Notes under the pieces: model-generated
Told to the model about the DNA's origin: nothing
The model's input: the letters and a program-made list of their open reading frames with translations, nothing else
Database searches by the model: none
Origin: an uncultured Eubacteriales bacterium
Lineage (GTDB): Bacteria > Bacillota > Clostridia > Oscillospirales > Oscillospiraceae
Direction: 5' to 3'
Length of the DNA: 64,000 bases
Assembly (NCBI GenBank): GCA_900545405.1
Contig: UQYT01000001.1
Location: forward strand, 49,219 to 113,218
Position numbers and translations under genes: made by a program
Shown here: one piece after another, positions 1 to 9,468 of the stretch
Numbering within the stretch: position 1 is the first letter of the stretch
Layout of the letters: each line of letters starts with the position of its first letter

Positions 1-120
1 CTTTTAGGGGCAGGGCTTTGGCTGGTGCTGCATTTTTGCTGCTCACATAACCCGTCTATGACGTTTCCGCCTGTTTCTTCTGTGAATCACCCTCTTGACT
101 TAATACCATAGGACTTGGTA

Positions 121-170
121 AATAAAAAACTCCGGGTCCTGACAGGGCATATCCTATCAGAACCCGGAGC
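121..170 (-). terminator. Rho-independent terminator candidate downstream of the histidine kinase gene. Stem CTCCGGGT ... ACCCGGAG; reads as a T-run on the minus strand.
   Basis: Inverted repeat with a flanking A-run (T-run on the minus strand) immediately 3' of the minus-strand ORF that ends at 223. Confidence 0.4.
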
Positions 171-222
171 TGAGTTTATCCGCAGGGGCTTTTGAAAAGC
201 ATGTGATTTTCAAATGAAATTC

Positions 223-1332
223 TTACGATTTTCTGACATCGCTGAGGGGCAGCGTCACGCTGAACACGATGCGGTTGTCCACGCTCTGGGCGCTTATACT
301 GCCGCCGTGGAGCTCGACTATCTCCTTGGCGATGGCGAGACCGAGGCCGGAACCGCCGGTGCGGCTCTGCCGCGCGGAGTCCAGGCGATAGAACTGCTCA
401 AAGAGCCTGTCGAGCTGCGCGGCGGGTATCGTGTCACCGTGGTTCATAAAGGTGACGTGCGCCCGCTCACCCTCGACGGAGAGGCTTATCGTGATCTCGG
501 TGTTCTCGTAGCTGTAATTTATCGCGTTGCGCAAGAGGTTATCGAACACGCGCTGCAATTTGTCCGGGTCACAGCTCATCATGACCCCGGCGGGGGCATT
601 CACCGCGCAGGTGAGGCCGCGCTCGTGCAGCATGGGGATGAACTCGTCTGCTATCTGCTCCAGCATGCGGCTGAGGTTTACGCTCCGCCGGTCGAGCGTC
701 ACGCTGGTGAGGGAAAAGCGCGTGATGTCGAAGAACTCGTTAATGAGGTCCTCCAGCCGCTCGGCCTTGTCGAGCGCTATGCCCGTGTATTTCGCGCGCT
801 GGGTCTCGGGGAGGTCCCGCTCGTCCTGCAAAAGGCTGAGGTAGCCGATGACGGAGGTGAGCGGCGTCTTCAGGTCGTGCGCGAGGTAGACGACGAGGTC
901 ATTCTTGCGCTTTTCCGCGTCCTCGGCGGCGCGGCGGGAGGCGAGCATGTCGCTCTTTATCTGGTTCATCTGGTTCTCAATGTCGTGCAGCGCGGCGGGG
1001 AGGACCACCGGCCCGTCGCCGCCCTTGTAGATCTGCTCCGTCGCCCGCACCACGTCGCCGAGGTAGCCCAGCGTCTTGCCCCAGTAGATGAGGAAGATGA
1101 CGATGTAGCCGCCGACGAGAAAGATGACCATGAAGAACGTGACGTTGTCCCGCACCGTGATGAGCAGCCCGTATATCAGCCCGCCGTTCCAGGGGATGGC
1201 GTAGCAGATGAACATGCCGAGAAAGAGCGCGACAAAGCTGCCTATCGTGAAGAGCACGCAGGCTACGACAAAGCGGGTCAGCACGCCGAGAGTCAGCGTC
1301 CTGCGGTATGCGGCTTTCTTCTCCTTATTCAA
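223..1332 (-). CDS. Sensor histidine kinase, VanS/ResE-like (HisKA + HATPase_c). Two N-terminal transmembrane segments.
   Basis: H-box HDLKTPLTSVIGYL, N-box DNLLRNAINYS, G-boxes GGSGLGLAIAKEIVELHGG. Overlaps the upstream response regulator gene by 8 nt, suggesting translational coupling. Confidence 0.85.
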   Translation of the reverse strand: MNKEKKAAYRRTLTLGVLTRFVVACVLFTIGSFVALFLGMFICYAIPWNGGLIYGLLITVRDNVTFFMVIFLVGGYIVIFLIYWGKTLGYLGDVVRATEQIYKGGDGPVVLPAALHDIENQMNQIKSDMLASRRAAEDAEKRKNDLVVYLAHDLKTPLTSVIGYLSLLQDERDLPETQRAKYTGIALDKAERLEDLINEFFDITRFSLTSVTLDRRSVNLSRMLEQIADEFIPMLHERGLTCAVNAPAGVMMSCDPDKLQRVFDNLLRNAINYSYENTEITISLSVEGERAHVTFMNHGDTIPAAQLDRLFEQFYRLDSARQSRTGGSGLGLAIAKEIVELHGGSISAQSVDNRIVFSVTLPLSDVRKS

Positions 1333-2026
1333 CCTGATACCCCACTCCCCAGACGGTCTTTATAAAGCGCGGCTTGCGCGGCGGCTCGCCCAGCTTTTCG
1401 CGCAGGCGGCCTATGTGCGCCATGACCGTATTGTTGTTGTCTAGGAATTTCTCGCCCCAGACCGCCTCGAATAGCTCCTCCGAGGACACGACCCGGCCCT
1501 GATTCTCGCAGAGATACCAGAGTATCGAAAACTCAATGGGCGTGAGCTGCACGGCCTTGCCGTAGAGCGTGCACTTGTGCGTCTCGCGGTTTATGACGAG
1601 ACCGCGGATGTCGCGCTCAGCCTCCGGCGGCTTCGGCGCGGCGGCGTCGGCCTGGTTGTAGCGCGTGTAGCGCCGCAGCTGGGTCTTGACCCGCGCCACG
1701 AGCTCCAGCGGGTTGAAGGGCTTTGTGATATAGTCGTCCGCGCCTATCGTGAGACCCATGATCTTGTCGATGTCCTCGACCTTGGCCGTGAGCATTATGA
1801 TGGGCCAGAAGTGCTCCTCGCGTATGCGCGCGCAGAGCGTGAAGCCGTCGATGTCCGGGAGCATGACGTCGAGTATCGCGAGATCGAGCTCCTCGGTCCT
1901 GACGCACTCGAGCGCGTCATGGCCGTTATAGAACTTGCGGACGGCAAAGCCCTCGTTTTTCAGATATAGTTCCACGAGGTCGGCGATCTCTACCTCGTCG
2001 TCGACCACGAGCACGGTTTGTCCCAT
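1325..2026 (-). CDS. OmpR/PhoB-family response regulator (receiver domain + winged-helix DNA-binding domain).
   Basis: Receiver motifs VLVVDDE, LDVMLPDIDG, MLTAKVEDIDK. C-terminal winged helix LTPIEFSILWYL...TVWGVGY. Start moved from the track's 2065 to the internal ATG at 2026, which has a GGAGG RBS 5 nt upstream. Confidence 0.85.
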   Translation of the reverse strand: MGQTVLVVDDEVEIADLVELYLKNEGFAVRKFYNGHDALECVRTEELDLAILDVMLPDIDGFTLCARIREEHFWPIIMLTAKVEDIDKIMGLTIGADDYITKPFNPLELVARVKTQLRRYTRYNQADAAAPKPPEAERDIRGLVINRETHKCTLYGKAVQLTPIEFSILWYLCENQGRVVSSEELFEAVWGEKFLDNNNTVMAHIGRLREKLGEPPRKPRFIKTVWGVGYQVE

Positions 2027-2046
2027 ATGTGCCTCCGTAACAAGCT

Positions 2047-2066
2047 GTTTAGCACAGTTTAGCACA
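2047..2066. promoter_or_regulatory. Perfect tandem direct repeat GTTTAGCACA x2 lying 20-40 nt upstream of the response regulator start. Candidate OmpR-family autoregulatory operator.
   Basis: Read directly from the sequence (ctGTTTAGCACAGTTTAGCACAagg). OmpR/VanR-type regulators bind direct repeats. Confidence 0.3.
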
Positions 2067-2156
2067 AGGCAGGGCGCGATTCAACGCCATTTGTGGTTGC
2101 AAGGGGAGGGGAGAGGGATTATAATGTAGTATATTTTTTCGGGAAGGTACGTCGAG

Positions 2157-3347
2157 ATGAAAGAGCTTTCAAGACTTGCAAAGAACGTGAACCCCTCAAC
2201 CACCCTGGCCATAGACGCCATGGCGAAGCAGATGCGCGCCGACGGGCTGGATGTCATCGGCTTCGGCGCGGGCGAGCCCGATTTTGAGACGCCCGTGAAC
2301 ATCCAGGACGCCGCCATAGACGCCATCCGCAAGGGCAAGACAAAATACACCCCCGCCGCCGGCATCGTGGAGCTGCGCAAGGCCGCGGCCGCCCGCCTCA
2401 AGGCCGACTGCGGCGTGGATTACGACTATACCCAGATAGTCATAGCGAGCGGCGCAAAGCACAACGTCTACATCGCCCTCGCGACGCTCATTAACCCCGG
2501 CGACGAGATAATCGTCCCCGCGCCGTACTGGGTCAGCTACTGCGAGATGGTCTCCATGCTCGGCGGCACGCCCGTGCCGGTGCTGGCGGATGAGGCGCAG
2601 CACTTCAAGATAACCGCCGCGCAGCTCGAGGCGGCTATAACGGACAAGACCAAGGCCGTCATGCTCAATAACCCCTGCAACCCGACGGGTATGTTCTACA
2701 CCAAGAGCGAGCTCGAAGCTCTGGCCGAGGTCTGCGTGAAACACGACCTCTACGTCATCGCCGACGAGATATACTACCAGCTCCTGTACGACGGACTTAA
2801 GTTCACCAGCTTCGCCTCCCTCGGCGACGAGGTCAAGGAGCGGACGATACTCATAAACGGCGTCTCCAAGTCCTACGCCATGACCGGCTGGCGCATAGGC
2901 TACGCCGCGGCGAACAAGGAGATAGCCAAGACCATGTCCAACTACCTGAGCCACTCCACCGGCGCGCCCTCCACCATCAGCCAGTGGGCGGCGGTCGAGG
3001 CGCTGAGCGGCCCGCAGGAGACCATAGAGGCCATGCGCAAGGTGTTTGAGGAGCGCCGCAACTACCTCGTCAAGCGCCTAAACAGCATCGACGGCGTGAG
3101 CTGCATCACACCGACCGGCGCCTTCTACGTCATGATGAACATCGAGAAGCTCATCGGCCGCACCCTCGGCGGCAAGCTCATAGAGAACGACGACGACTTC
3201 GGCGTCGCCTTCCTCGAAAAGGGCCTCGTGGCCGTCGTGCCCTGCTCCGGCTTCGGCATAAAGAACTTCGTCCGCTGGACCTATGCCACCTCGATGGAGA
3301 ACATCAAGGAGGGCCTCGACAGGCTGGAAAAGTTCCTCGCCGAGTAG
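2157..3347 (+). CDS. Pyridoxal-phosphate-dependent aminotransferase class I (aspartate aminotransferase-like).
   Basis: 396 aa. Motifs GFGAGEPDF, NPCNPTG and the PLP lysine region SKSYAMTGWRIGY. TATAAT-like box about 35 nt upstream. Confidence 0.8.
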   Translation: MKELSRLAKNVNPSTTLAIDAMAKQMRADGLDVIGFGAGEPDFETPVNIQDAAIDAIRKGKTKYTPAAGIVELRKAAAARLKADCGVDYDYTQIVIASGAKHNVYIALATLINPGDEIIVPAPYWVSYCEMVSMLGGTPVPVLADEAQHFKITAAQLEAAITDKTKAVMLNNPCNPTGMFYTKSELEALAEVCVKHDLYVIADEIYYQLLYDGLKFTSFASLGDEVKERTILINGVSKSYAMTGWRIGYAAANKEIAKTMSNYLSHSTGAPSTISQWAAVEALSGPQETIEAMRKVFEERRNYLVKRLNSIDGVSCITPTGAFYVMMNIEKLIGRTLGGKLIENDDDFGVAFLEKGLVAVVPCSGFGIKNFVRWTYATSMENIKEGLDRLEKFLAE

Positions 3348-3391
3348 TTAAAACAGCCCGTCCCGCATAGTGTTTGAGGGAGGGGTGATGC

Positions 3392-4126
3392 TTGATGGCA
3401 ATTTCAATAAGGCTGAGGGATGTGCTCCCGCTGCTAGCGGCGCTGGTGCTGGTGGTGCTCTGTTTTGCGCTGCCGCCCATCTACGCCGACGAGGCGGAGC
3501 CGGTCACGGCCGAGGCGGAGACCACCCGCGTCCTGATAATCGACGCAGGGCACGGCGGGGAGGACGGCGGCGCGACAACGGCGGAGGGCGTGCCCGAGAG
3601 CGGCATAAACCTCGCCATAGCGCAAAAGCTGGAGGCCCTCGCCGGCCTCTGCGGCGTGGAGAGCGTCATGACGCGCGAGAGCCAGGACATAAACTATCCC
3701 GAAAGCGCCTCCACGACCGCCCAGCGCAAGCAGGCGGACCAGAAGGCGCGCATAGAGCTCATCAACGCGCAGAGCGACGCCGTGCTCATCAGCATCCACC
3801 AGAATTTCTTCCCGACCGCGCAGCCCTCGGGCTGCCAGGTGCTCTACGGCAAGCCGGAGGGCAGCCGGGAGCTGGGCGAGCTGACGCACAGAAATCTCAC
3901 GGAGGCGCTCTGCCCCACGAGCCGCCGCGTCGCCGCGCCGATATCTGAGGACATCTACCTCATGCGCTCGGCCAAGTGCACGTCCATCCTCGTCGAGTGC
4001 GGCTTTCTCTCGAACCCGAGCGAGGCGGCGCTGCTGCAAACCGAGGACTATCAGCTTAAAATATCGGCCCTGCTGCTCGCGTCCTATCTGCAATACGAGG
4101 CGGGGTCAGACGGAATGGTGTTATGA
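3392..4126 (+). CDS. cwlD: N-acetylmuramoyl-L-alanine amidase, CwlD-like (Amidase_3 family). Signal peptide or membrane anchor at the N-terminus.
   Basis: Motifs LIIDAGHGGEDGGA, SIHQNFF and VECGFLSNPSEA are typical of CwlD-type germination amidases. N-terminal hydrophobic segment. Confidence 0.6.
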   Translation: MMAISIRLRDVLPLLAALVLVVLCFALPPIYADEAEPVTAEAETTRVLIIDAGHGGEDGGATTAEGVPESGINLAIAQKLEALAGLCGVESVMTRESQDINYPESASTTAQRKQADQKARIELINAQSDAVLISIHQNFFPTAQPSGCQVLYGKPEGSRELGELTHRNLTEALCPTSRRVAAPISEDIYLMRSAKCTSILVECGFLSNPSEAALLQTEDYQLKISALLLASYLQYEAGSDGMVL

Positions 4127-5484
4127 AACAAAAGACGGTATTCTACTGCACGGAGTGCGGCAACGAGACGGCAAAGTGGTCGGGCCAGTGCCCGGCCTGC
4201 GGCGCCTGGAACACGCTGACCGAGGCCCCGGCGCAGACCAAGTCCGGCAAGGCCGCCTCCGCGGCCTCGAGACACAGCAGCGGCAAGCCCAAGCTGCTCT
4301 CGGAGCTGGACACGCAGGAAGAGATAAGGTTCACCACCGGTGTCGGCGAGCTGGACCGCGTGCTCGGCGGCGGAGCCGTCCGCGGCTCCGTGGTGCTTGT
4401 CGGCGGCGCGCCGGGCGTCGGCAAGTCCACGCTGCTCTTGCAGCTCTGCGGCCTGGTCGGGAAGACAGAGCGCGTGCTCTATGTCACCGGCGAGGAGAGC
4501 CGCCGCCAGCTCAAGATGCGCGCCCAGCGCCTCGGCGTCTTGGAGGGCGAGATCTACGTCCTCGCAGAGACGCAGCTCGCGGAGATAGAGTCGCAGATCG
4601 AGGACTTGCAGCCCACCGTGGTCATCGTGGACTCCATCCAGACGATGTTCGACACCGAGATTGCCGCCGCGCCCGGCAGCATAAGCCAGGTGCGCGAGTG
4701 CACGATGTCCATCATGCGCATCGCCAAGGCCGACGGCTTCACGGCCTTCGTCGTGGGCCACATAAATAAGGAGGGCAACATCGCGGGCCCCAAGGTACTC
4801 GAGCACATGGTCGACTGCGTGCTCTACTTTGAGGGCGAGCAGAGCCTGAGCTACCGCATCCTCCGCGCGGCGAAGAACCGTTTCGGCTCCACGAACGAGA
4901 TAGGCGTCTTTGAGATGGCCGACACCGGCCTGCGCGAGGTGCCTAACCCCTCGGAGACCATGCTCTCCGGCCGCCCGCTGGACACTCCGGGCACCTGCGT
5001 GACCTGCGTCATGGAGGGTACCCGGCCAATCCTGGCCGAGATACAGGCCCTCGTGGCCCAGTCCGGCTACGGCAACCCCCGCCGCAACTCCAACGGCATC
5101 GACTACAACCGCGCAATGCTGCTGCTCGCGGTGCTGGAAAAGCGCGGCGGCATGAGCGTCGCGGGCTGCGACGCATACATAAACGTCGTCGGCGGCCTGC
5201 AATTGGACGAGACCGCCGCTGACCTCGCCACGCTGCTGGCCGTGGCCTCCAGCTGGAAGGACGTGGCCATCGGCTCCGACCTAGCCGCCGTCGGCGAAGT
5301 CGGCCTCTCGGGCGAGGTGCGCTCCGTGACCCAGCTGGGCCACCGCCTCTCCGAGATCGCCCGCCTCGGCTTCAGGCGCTGCATAATCCCCGCCCACGTC
5401 AAGGGCGAGGTGCCGAAGCCCAAGGGCCTGGAGCTCATCAGCGTCAAAAACGTCCGCGAGGCCATCCGGGAGGCCCTGGGATGA
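4123..5484 (+). CDS. radA: DNA repair protein RadA (Sms).
   Basis: N-terminal C4 zinc finger CTECGNETAKWSGQCPACGAWNT, Walker A GGAPGVGKST, KNRFG motif and a Lon-like C-terminal domain. Start overlaps the upstream stop by 4 nt. Confidence 0.95.
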   Translation: MKQKTVFYCTECGNETAKWSGQCPACGAWNTLTEAPAQTKSGKAASAASRHSSGKPKLLSELDTQEEIRFTTGVGELDRVLGGGAVRGSVVLVGGAPGVGKSTLLLQLCGLVGKTERVLYVTGEESRRQLKMRAQRLGVLEGEIYVLAETQLAEIESQIEDLQPTVVIVDSIQTMFDTEIAAAPGSISQVRECTMSIMRIAKADGFTAFVVGHINKEGNIAGPKVLEHMVDCVLYFEGEQSLSYRILRAAKNRFGSTNEIGVFEMADTGLREVPNPSETMLSGRPLDTPGTCVTCVMEGTRPILAEIQALVAQSGYGNPRRNSNGIDYNRAMLLLAVLEKRGGMSVAGCDAYINVVGGLQLDETAADLATLLAVASSWKDVAIGSDLAAVGEVGLSGEVRSVTQLGHRLSEIARLGFRRCIIPAHVKGEVPKPKGLELISVKNVREAIREALG

Positions 5485-6230
5485 GCGAGCGGATAATTAA
5501 AACGCCCCACCTGCCGCAAGGCAAGGTGTGGCTGGCCGCATTCGGCGCAAAATACCGTGAAATACTAGAAAAACCGCTGCAAAACCTAGGTATAACGCCG
5601 CTCTGGCTGCCCGATAACGAGGCCGTGGACCCGCGCCTCGCCGGGCACGCCGACCTGATGCTCCTGCACCTCGGCGGCGCCCGCGTCGTGACGAGCTGCG
5701 GCGGCGAGATACCGCAGACGCTTACCGCCCTCGGCTTCGATGTCATCCGCGCGGCGGAGCAGGGGAGGTCTTACCCCGCCGACGCCCGCCTCTGCGCCTG
5801 CATAGTCGGCGCGCGCTGCATCCACAACTTCAAAATAAGCGACCCGGCCATCTCCGGCTTTGAGCGCGTCGACGTGCGTCAGGGCTACGCCAAATGCTGC
5901 GCCTGCGTCGTGAACGAGGGCGCGATGATCACCTCAGATACGGGCATAGCAAAGGCCGCAGCCCGGCACGGAGTTGACGTGCTCGGGATACGGCCCGGAT
6001 ATATTGAGCTTGCAGGCTTCGACACCGGCTTCATCGGCGGCACGGCCTTCAGAATATCGGAGCGCGCCCTGGCCTTTACCGGGCGGCTTGACGCTCACCC
6101 CGACAGGGCGGATATCGAGGCCTTTCTCCGCTCGCGCGGCATAGAGCCCGTGTACCTGACTGATAGGCCCGCCTTCGACATCGGCTCCGCCGTGCCGCTC
6201 ACAGAGGCGGAAGCGATATCTTGCCCATGA
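5481..6230 (+). CDS. Conserved hypothetical protein, possibly a guanidino-group-modifying-enzyme (GME) fold. Translationally coupled to radA.
   Basis: 249 aa. Its ATG overlaps the radA stop (ATGA). It has GHADL and Cys-containing motifs reminiscent of the amidinotransferase/deiminase fold, but no confident family call is possible from sequence alone. Confidence 0.5.
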   Translation: MSERIIKTPHLPQGKVWLAAFGAKYREILEKPLQNLGITPLWLPDNEAVDPRLAGHADLMLLHLGGARVVTSCGGEIPQTLTALGFDVIRAAEQGRSYPADARLCACIVGARCIHNFKISDPAISGFERVDVRQGYAKCCACVVNEGAMITSDTGIAKAAARHGVDVLGIRPGYIELAGFDTGFIGGTAFRISERALAFTGRLDAHPDRADIEAFLRSRGIEPVYLTDRPAFDIGSAVPLTEAEAISCP

Positions 6231-7398
6231 CCGAGGGATTCTCCGCCCCGGTGACGCCCGGCAGGGTGTTCGGCAGACCCGCAAGGCAGCGGTCGCCGAG
6301 TATGGCAAAGGCTACGGCCTCTTTCGCATCGCTGCTGTACCCCAGGTCCTCCTGAGTTTTGACCTCCACGCCGAAGCGCTCGAAGCGCGCGGCAAGGCGG
6401 CTCATGAGGGTCTTGTTATAACTGCCGCCGCCGCCGACAAGCAGCTCGGCGGCCTTGTATTTCGGCAGCACATAGCGCTCATAGGCGTCGGCTATCGACC
6501 AGGCCGTCAGCTCCGTCGCCGTCGCGGCGAGGTCCTCCCAGCTGAGGCTGTGCTCACGGCCCCAGGCGAAGATGCGCTCCGCGTACTGCGTGCCGAAGAG
6601 CTCCCGGCCCGTGGTTTTCGGCAGAGGGAGGGAGTAATAGGGCTCGGCGCGGAGCATGTCGAGCAGGCGCTCGTCCACATTACCGCGTGCGGCCATGGCG
6701 CCGCCCTTATCATAGCGCTCGCGCCCGTCCGTTGCGGCGGAGACCACGGCGTCGATGAGCATGTTGCCCGGACCGGTGTCAAAGGCGTACACGGCCTCCG
6801 GCGCGCAGGCGGCGGGCAGAACGGTCATGTTGCCGATGCCGCCGATATTCTGCAAAAGCCGCGTGCGCTCTGTGCTTCTATATAATAGGTACTCCGTGAA
6901 CGGCACCAGAGGCGCGCCCTGTCCGCCCGCCGCGACGTCGGCGACGCGGAAGTCCGAGACCGTCACCAGCCCCGTCCGCTGCGCAATGACCGCGCCTTCG
7001 CCTATCTGCACCGTGCAGCGCGCGCTCTCTCCGCAGAAGGGCACCTCGTCCGGCGCGTGCCAGATGGTCTGCCCGTGGGAGGCCACAGCGTCCACGTCCG
7101 CAGGCGTGAGCCCCGCCGCGCGGATGACCGAGAGCGCCGCCTCGGCGTAGAGCCCGCCGAGGACATAGGACAACCGCCCGACCTTGTCCACCGTCGCCTT
7201 CGCCGGGTCGAAGAGCTCGAAGATGCCCGCACGCACGGCCTCGGGGAAGGGGTGGTCCTCAAAAGCGACCAGCCGCACCTCCGGCGCGTCCTGAGAGCCT
7301 GAGAGCTCCACCAGCGCCGCGTCTATGCCGTCCACCGAGGTGCCGGACATCAGCCCCACGATGCGCCTGACTGGCTTTTTTGCTATTTCTCCAAGCAT
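6199..7398 (-). CDS. anmK: Anhydro-N-acetylmuramic acid kinase (AnmK).
   Basis: N-terminal LMSGTSVDGIDAAL, GGGxxN and the overall AnmK architecture. Start set at the internal ATG (7398), which has a GAGGTG RBS. The track's 7440 start has no RBS. Confidence 0.85.
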   Translation of the reverse strand: MLGEIAKKPVRRIVGLMSGTSVDGIDAALVELSGSQDAPEVRLVAFEDHPFPEAVRAGIFELFDPAKATVDKVGRLSYVLGGLYAEAALSVIRAAGLTPADVDAVASHGQTIWHAPDEVPFCGESARCTVQIGEGAVIAQRTGLVTVSDFRVADVAAGGQGAPLVPFTEYLLYRSTERTRLLQNIGGIGNMTVLPAACAPEAVYAFDTGPGNMLIDAVVSAATDGRERYDKGGAMAARGNVDERLLDMLRAEPYYSLPLPKTTGRELFGTQYAERIFAWGREHSLSWEDLAATATELTAWSIADAYERYVLPKYKAAELLVGGGGSYNKTLMSRLAARFERFGVEVKTQEDLGYSSDAKEAVAFAILGDRCLAGLPNTLPGVTGAENPSVMGKISLPPL

Positions 7399-7458
7399 GT
7401 TTTTCACCTCTTGCTTTAGTGTCCAAAAAATACTGCGCAAACCTTACACTATGCACAG

Positions 7459-7487
7459 TTGCACTGGGATTATATGCGTGATATAAT
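7459..7487 (+). promoter_or_regulatory. Sigma-A-like promoter candidate: -35 TTGCAC, 17-nt spacer, extended -10 TGaTATAAT. Would serve the serine hydrolase-murQ-nagZ operon.
   Basis: Motifs read in the intergenic region between the divergent anmK and the 7550 ORF. Confidence 0.4.
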
Positions 7488-7549
7488 GTTACCAAAGAAG
7501 TTAAATCAATGATACAATATTTCATGGCAAAAGAAAAGGGGTTATTTTT

Positions 7550-8545
7550 ATGCTTGCCGCAGAAAAGCTGCTCCGCCGCGGCGTGGAGGAGGGAGTGTTC
7601 CCGTACGCCGAGTGGGCGCTCTTTGACCGGAACGGCATCGAGAGCAGCGGAGCGACGGCGGGGGAGGGCGGACGCTGGTTCGACCTGGCCTCGCTGACCA
7701 AGACCTTCACGGCCACGGCGCTGCTGGGCCTGGTAAAGGCCGGAGGACTGCGGCTTTCGGAGAGCGCGGGCGAGCTGCTGGCCCCGGCATCGCCGAAACT
7801 GCGCGGCTATCTCGATAAAATGAGCCTCTTTTCGCTGATGACCCACACCTCGGGCCTGCCGGCCTGGTATCCGTTCTACGCGGATGGGCGGCCGTTTTTC
7901 GAGGCCCTTGAGGAGCTCCTGGACTGCCGCGGGCTTGGAAACGGCATGGTCTACAGCGACCTCGGCTACATGCTGCTGGGCCTGGTGCTGAGCCGCAGGG
8001 CCGGAGCGCCGCTGGAGGAGGTCATCGACCCCATGGGCTTCGGCGTCCGTTACAGGCCGCCGCGGGAGCTCGACTTTGTCCCGTCCTGCCGCGACAACGC
8101 GGTGGAGGAGGGGATGTGCGCCGACCTAGGCATGAGCTTCAGCGGCTTCCGGCCGCACCGCACGGACGTGTGCGGCGAGCCGAACGACGGCAACGCGCAC
8201 TATTTCTGGCACGACGTCAGCGGCCACGCGGGCCTCTTCGGTACCGTTCAGGCCCTGGCGGGCCTCGGCAGGTTTTACCTCACGACCAACGACCCGGTCT
8301 ATCTCGGCGGCGTGACGCCGCAGCCGGGCTGCGAGGGACGCTGTCTCGTGTTCCACACCGGCGGGGCCTTCCCCACGGGCTGCGGGCACACGGGCTTCAC
8401 CGGCACCAGCCTCTGGATAGACCGCGAGCGCGGCTACGGCCTCGCGCTGCTTACTAACCGCCTCTGCTATGACCATCTGCCCCAGATAGACATGAACGCC
8501 TTCCGGCGCGCCGTCCACACGGCGCTGCTGGAGGAGCTAAAATGA
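7550..8545 (+). CDS. Beta-lactamase-fold serine hydrolase (penicillin-binding-protein-like or D-aminopeptidase-like).
   Basis: S-x-x-K motif in DLASLTKTF. Roughly 330 aa with beta-lactamase-family architecture. Embedded in a MurNAc recycling cluster. Confidence 0.75.
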   Translation: MLAAEKLLRRGVEEGVFPYAEWALFDRNGIESSGATAGEGGRWFDLASLTKTFTATALLGLVKAGGLRLSESAGELLAPASPKLRGYLDKMSLFSLMTHTSGLPAWYPFYADGRPFFEALEELLDCRGLGNGMVYSDLGYMLLGLVLSRRAGAPLEEVIDPMGFGVRYRPPRELDFVPSCRDNAVEEGMCADLGMSFSGFRPHRTDVCGEPNDGNAHYFWHDVSGHAGLFGTVQALAGLGRFYLTTNDPVYLGGVTPQPGCEGRCLVFHTGGAFPTGCGHTGFTGTSLWIDRERGYGLALLTNRLCYDHLPQIDMNAFRRAVHTALLEELK

Positions 8546-8565
8546 GAGAAAGCGAGTAGAATCTG

Positions 8566-9468
8566 ATGATACAGCTCGATCAGCTCCCGACTGAACAGCA
8601 AAATCCGAACACCGCCTGCATTGACCGGCTCTCGACGCTGGACATGGTCCGCGTGATAAACGACGAGGACAAAAAAGTCGCCTTCGCCGTCGAGAAGGAA
8701 CTCGTGAGCATAGCCGCTGCGGTGGACGCCATATACGAGGCGCTCAAGGCCGGCGGCAGGCTCATCTACTGCGGCTGCGGCACCTCCGGCCGCCTGGGCA
8801 TCCTCGACGCCGTGGAGTGCCCGCCGACCTTCTCCACTGACCCGGAGATGGTCCAGGGCGTCATTGCGGGCGGCGAACCGGCCCTTTTCCGCGCCGCCGA
8901 GGGCGCGGAGGACAACGTCGGCGCCGGGCGCGAGGACATGGAGAAGATAAACCTCAGCAGCCGCGACGTCCTCGTGGGCATCGCCGCCAGCGGCCGGACG
9001 CCATATGTGCTCGGCGCCATGGCCTATGCCAAGGAGCTGGGCGCCGTGACGGTGGCCGTCACCTGCAACAAGCACTCTCAGATGAACGCCCTCGCGGACA
9101 TCCCCATAGGCGTGGAGCCGGGTCCGGAGGTCATAACCGGCTCGACCCGCCTCAAGTCCGGGACGGCGCAGAAGATGGTGCTCAACATGCTCTCCACGGG
9201 CGCGATGATACGCCTTGGAAAAGTATACGGCAACCTCATGGTGGATGTAAAGCCCACCAACGAGAAGCTGGTCCGCCGCGCGATAAGGATAGTCGCCACG
9301 GCGGCGCACACGGACGAGGACGAGGCGAGAGCGGCCCTGGAGCAGTGCGGCTTCTCGGCCAAGACCGCCATCGTGATGCTCGTGAAGCACCTGCCCGCGG
9401 CCGAGGCCGAGCGCAGGCTTGAAGAGACGGGCGGCATAGTCGCCCGCGCCCTGGACGAGGAGGAATGA
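8566..9468 (+). CDS. murQ: N-acetylmuramic acid 6-phosphate etherase (MurQ), SIS domain.
   Basis: Matches MurQ hallmarks: [36 protein letters not shown]. Confidence 0.9.
   Translation: MIQLDQLPTEQQNPNTACIDRLSTLDMVRVINDEDKKVAFAVEKELVSIAAAVDAIYEALKAGGRLIYCGCGTSGRLGILDAVECPPTFSTDPEMVQGVIAGGEPALFRAAEGAEDNVGAGREDMEKINLSSRDVLVGIAASGRTPYVLGAMAYAKELGAVTVAVTCNKHSQMNALADIPIGVEPGPEVITGSTRLKSGTAQKMVLNMLSTGAMIRLGKVYGNLMVDVKPTNEKLVRRAIRIVATAAHTDEDEARAALEQCGFSAKTAIVMLVKHLPAAEAERRLEETGGIVARALDEEE

Noticed and set aside
214-1365. 383-aa plus-strand ORF antisense to the histidine kinase gene.
   Set aside because: Ala/Arg/Gly/Val-rich translation typical of the reverse frame of a GC-rich gene. It is fully overlapped by a well-supported kinase with conserved H, N and G boxes and has no recognisable motifs.
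4084-5202. 372-aa minus-strand ORF antisense to radA.
   Set aside because: Antisense artefact of a high-G+C gene. radA is unambiguous.
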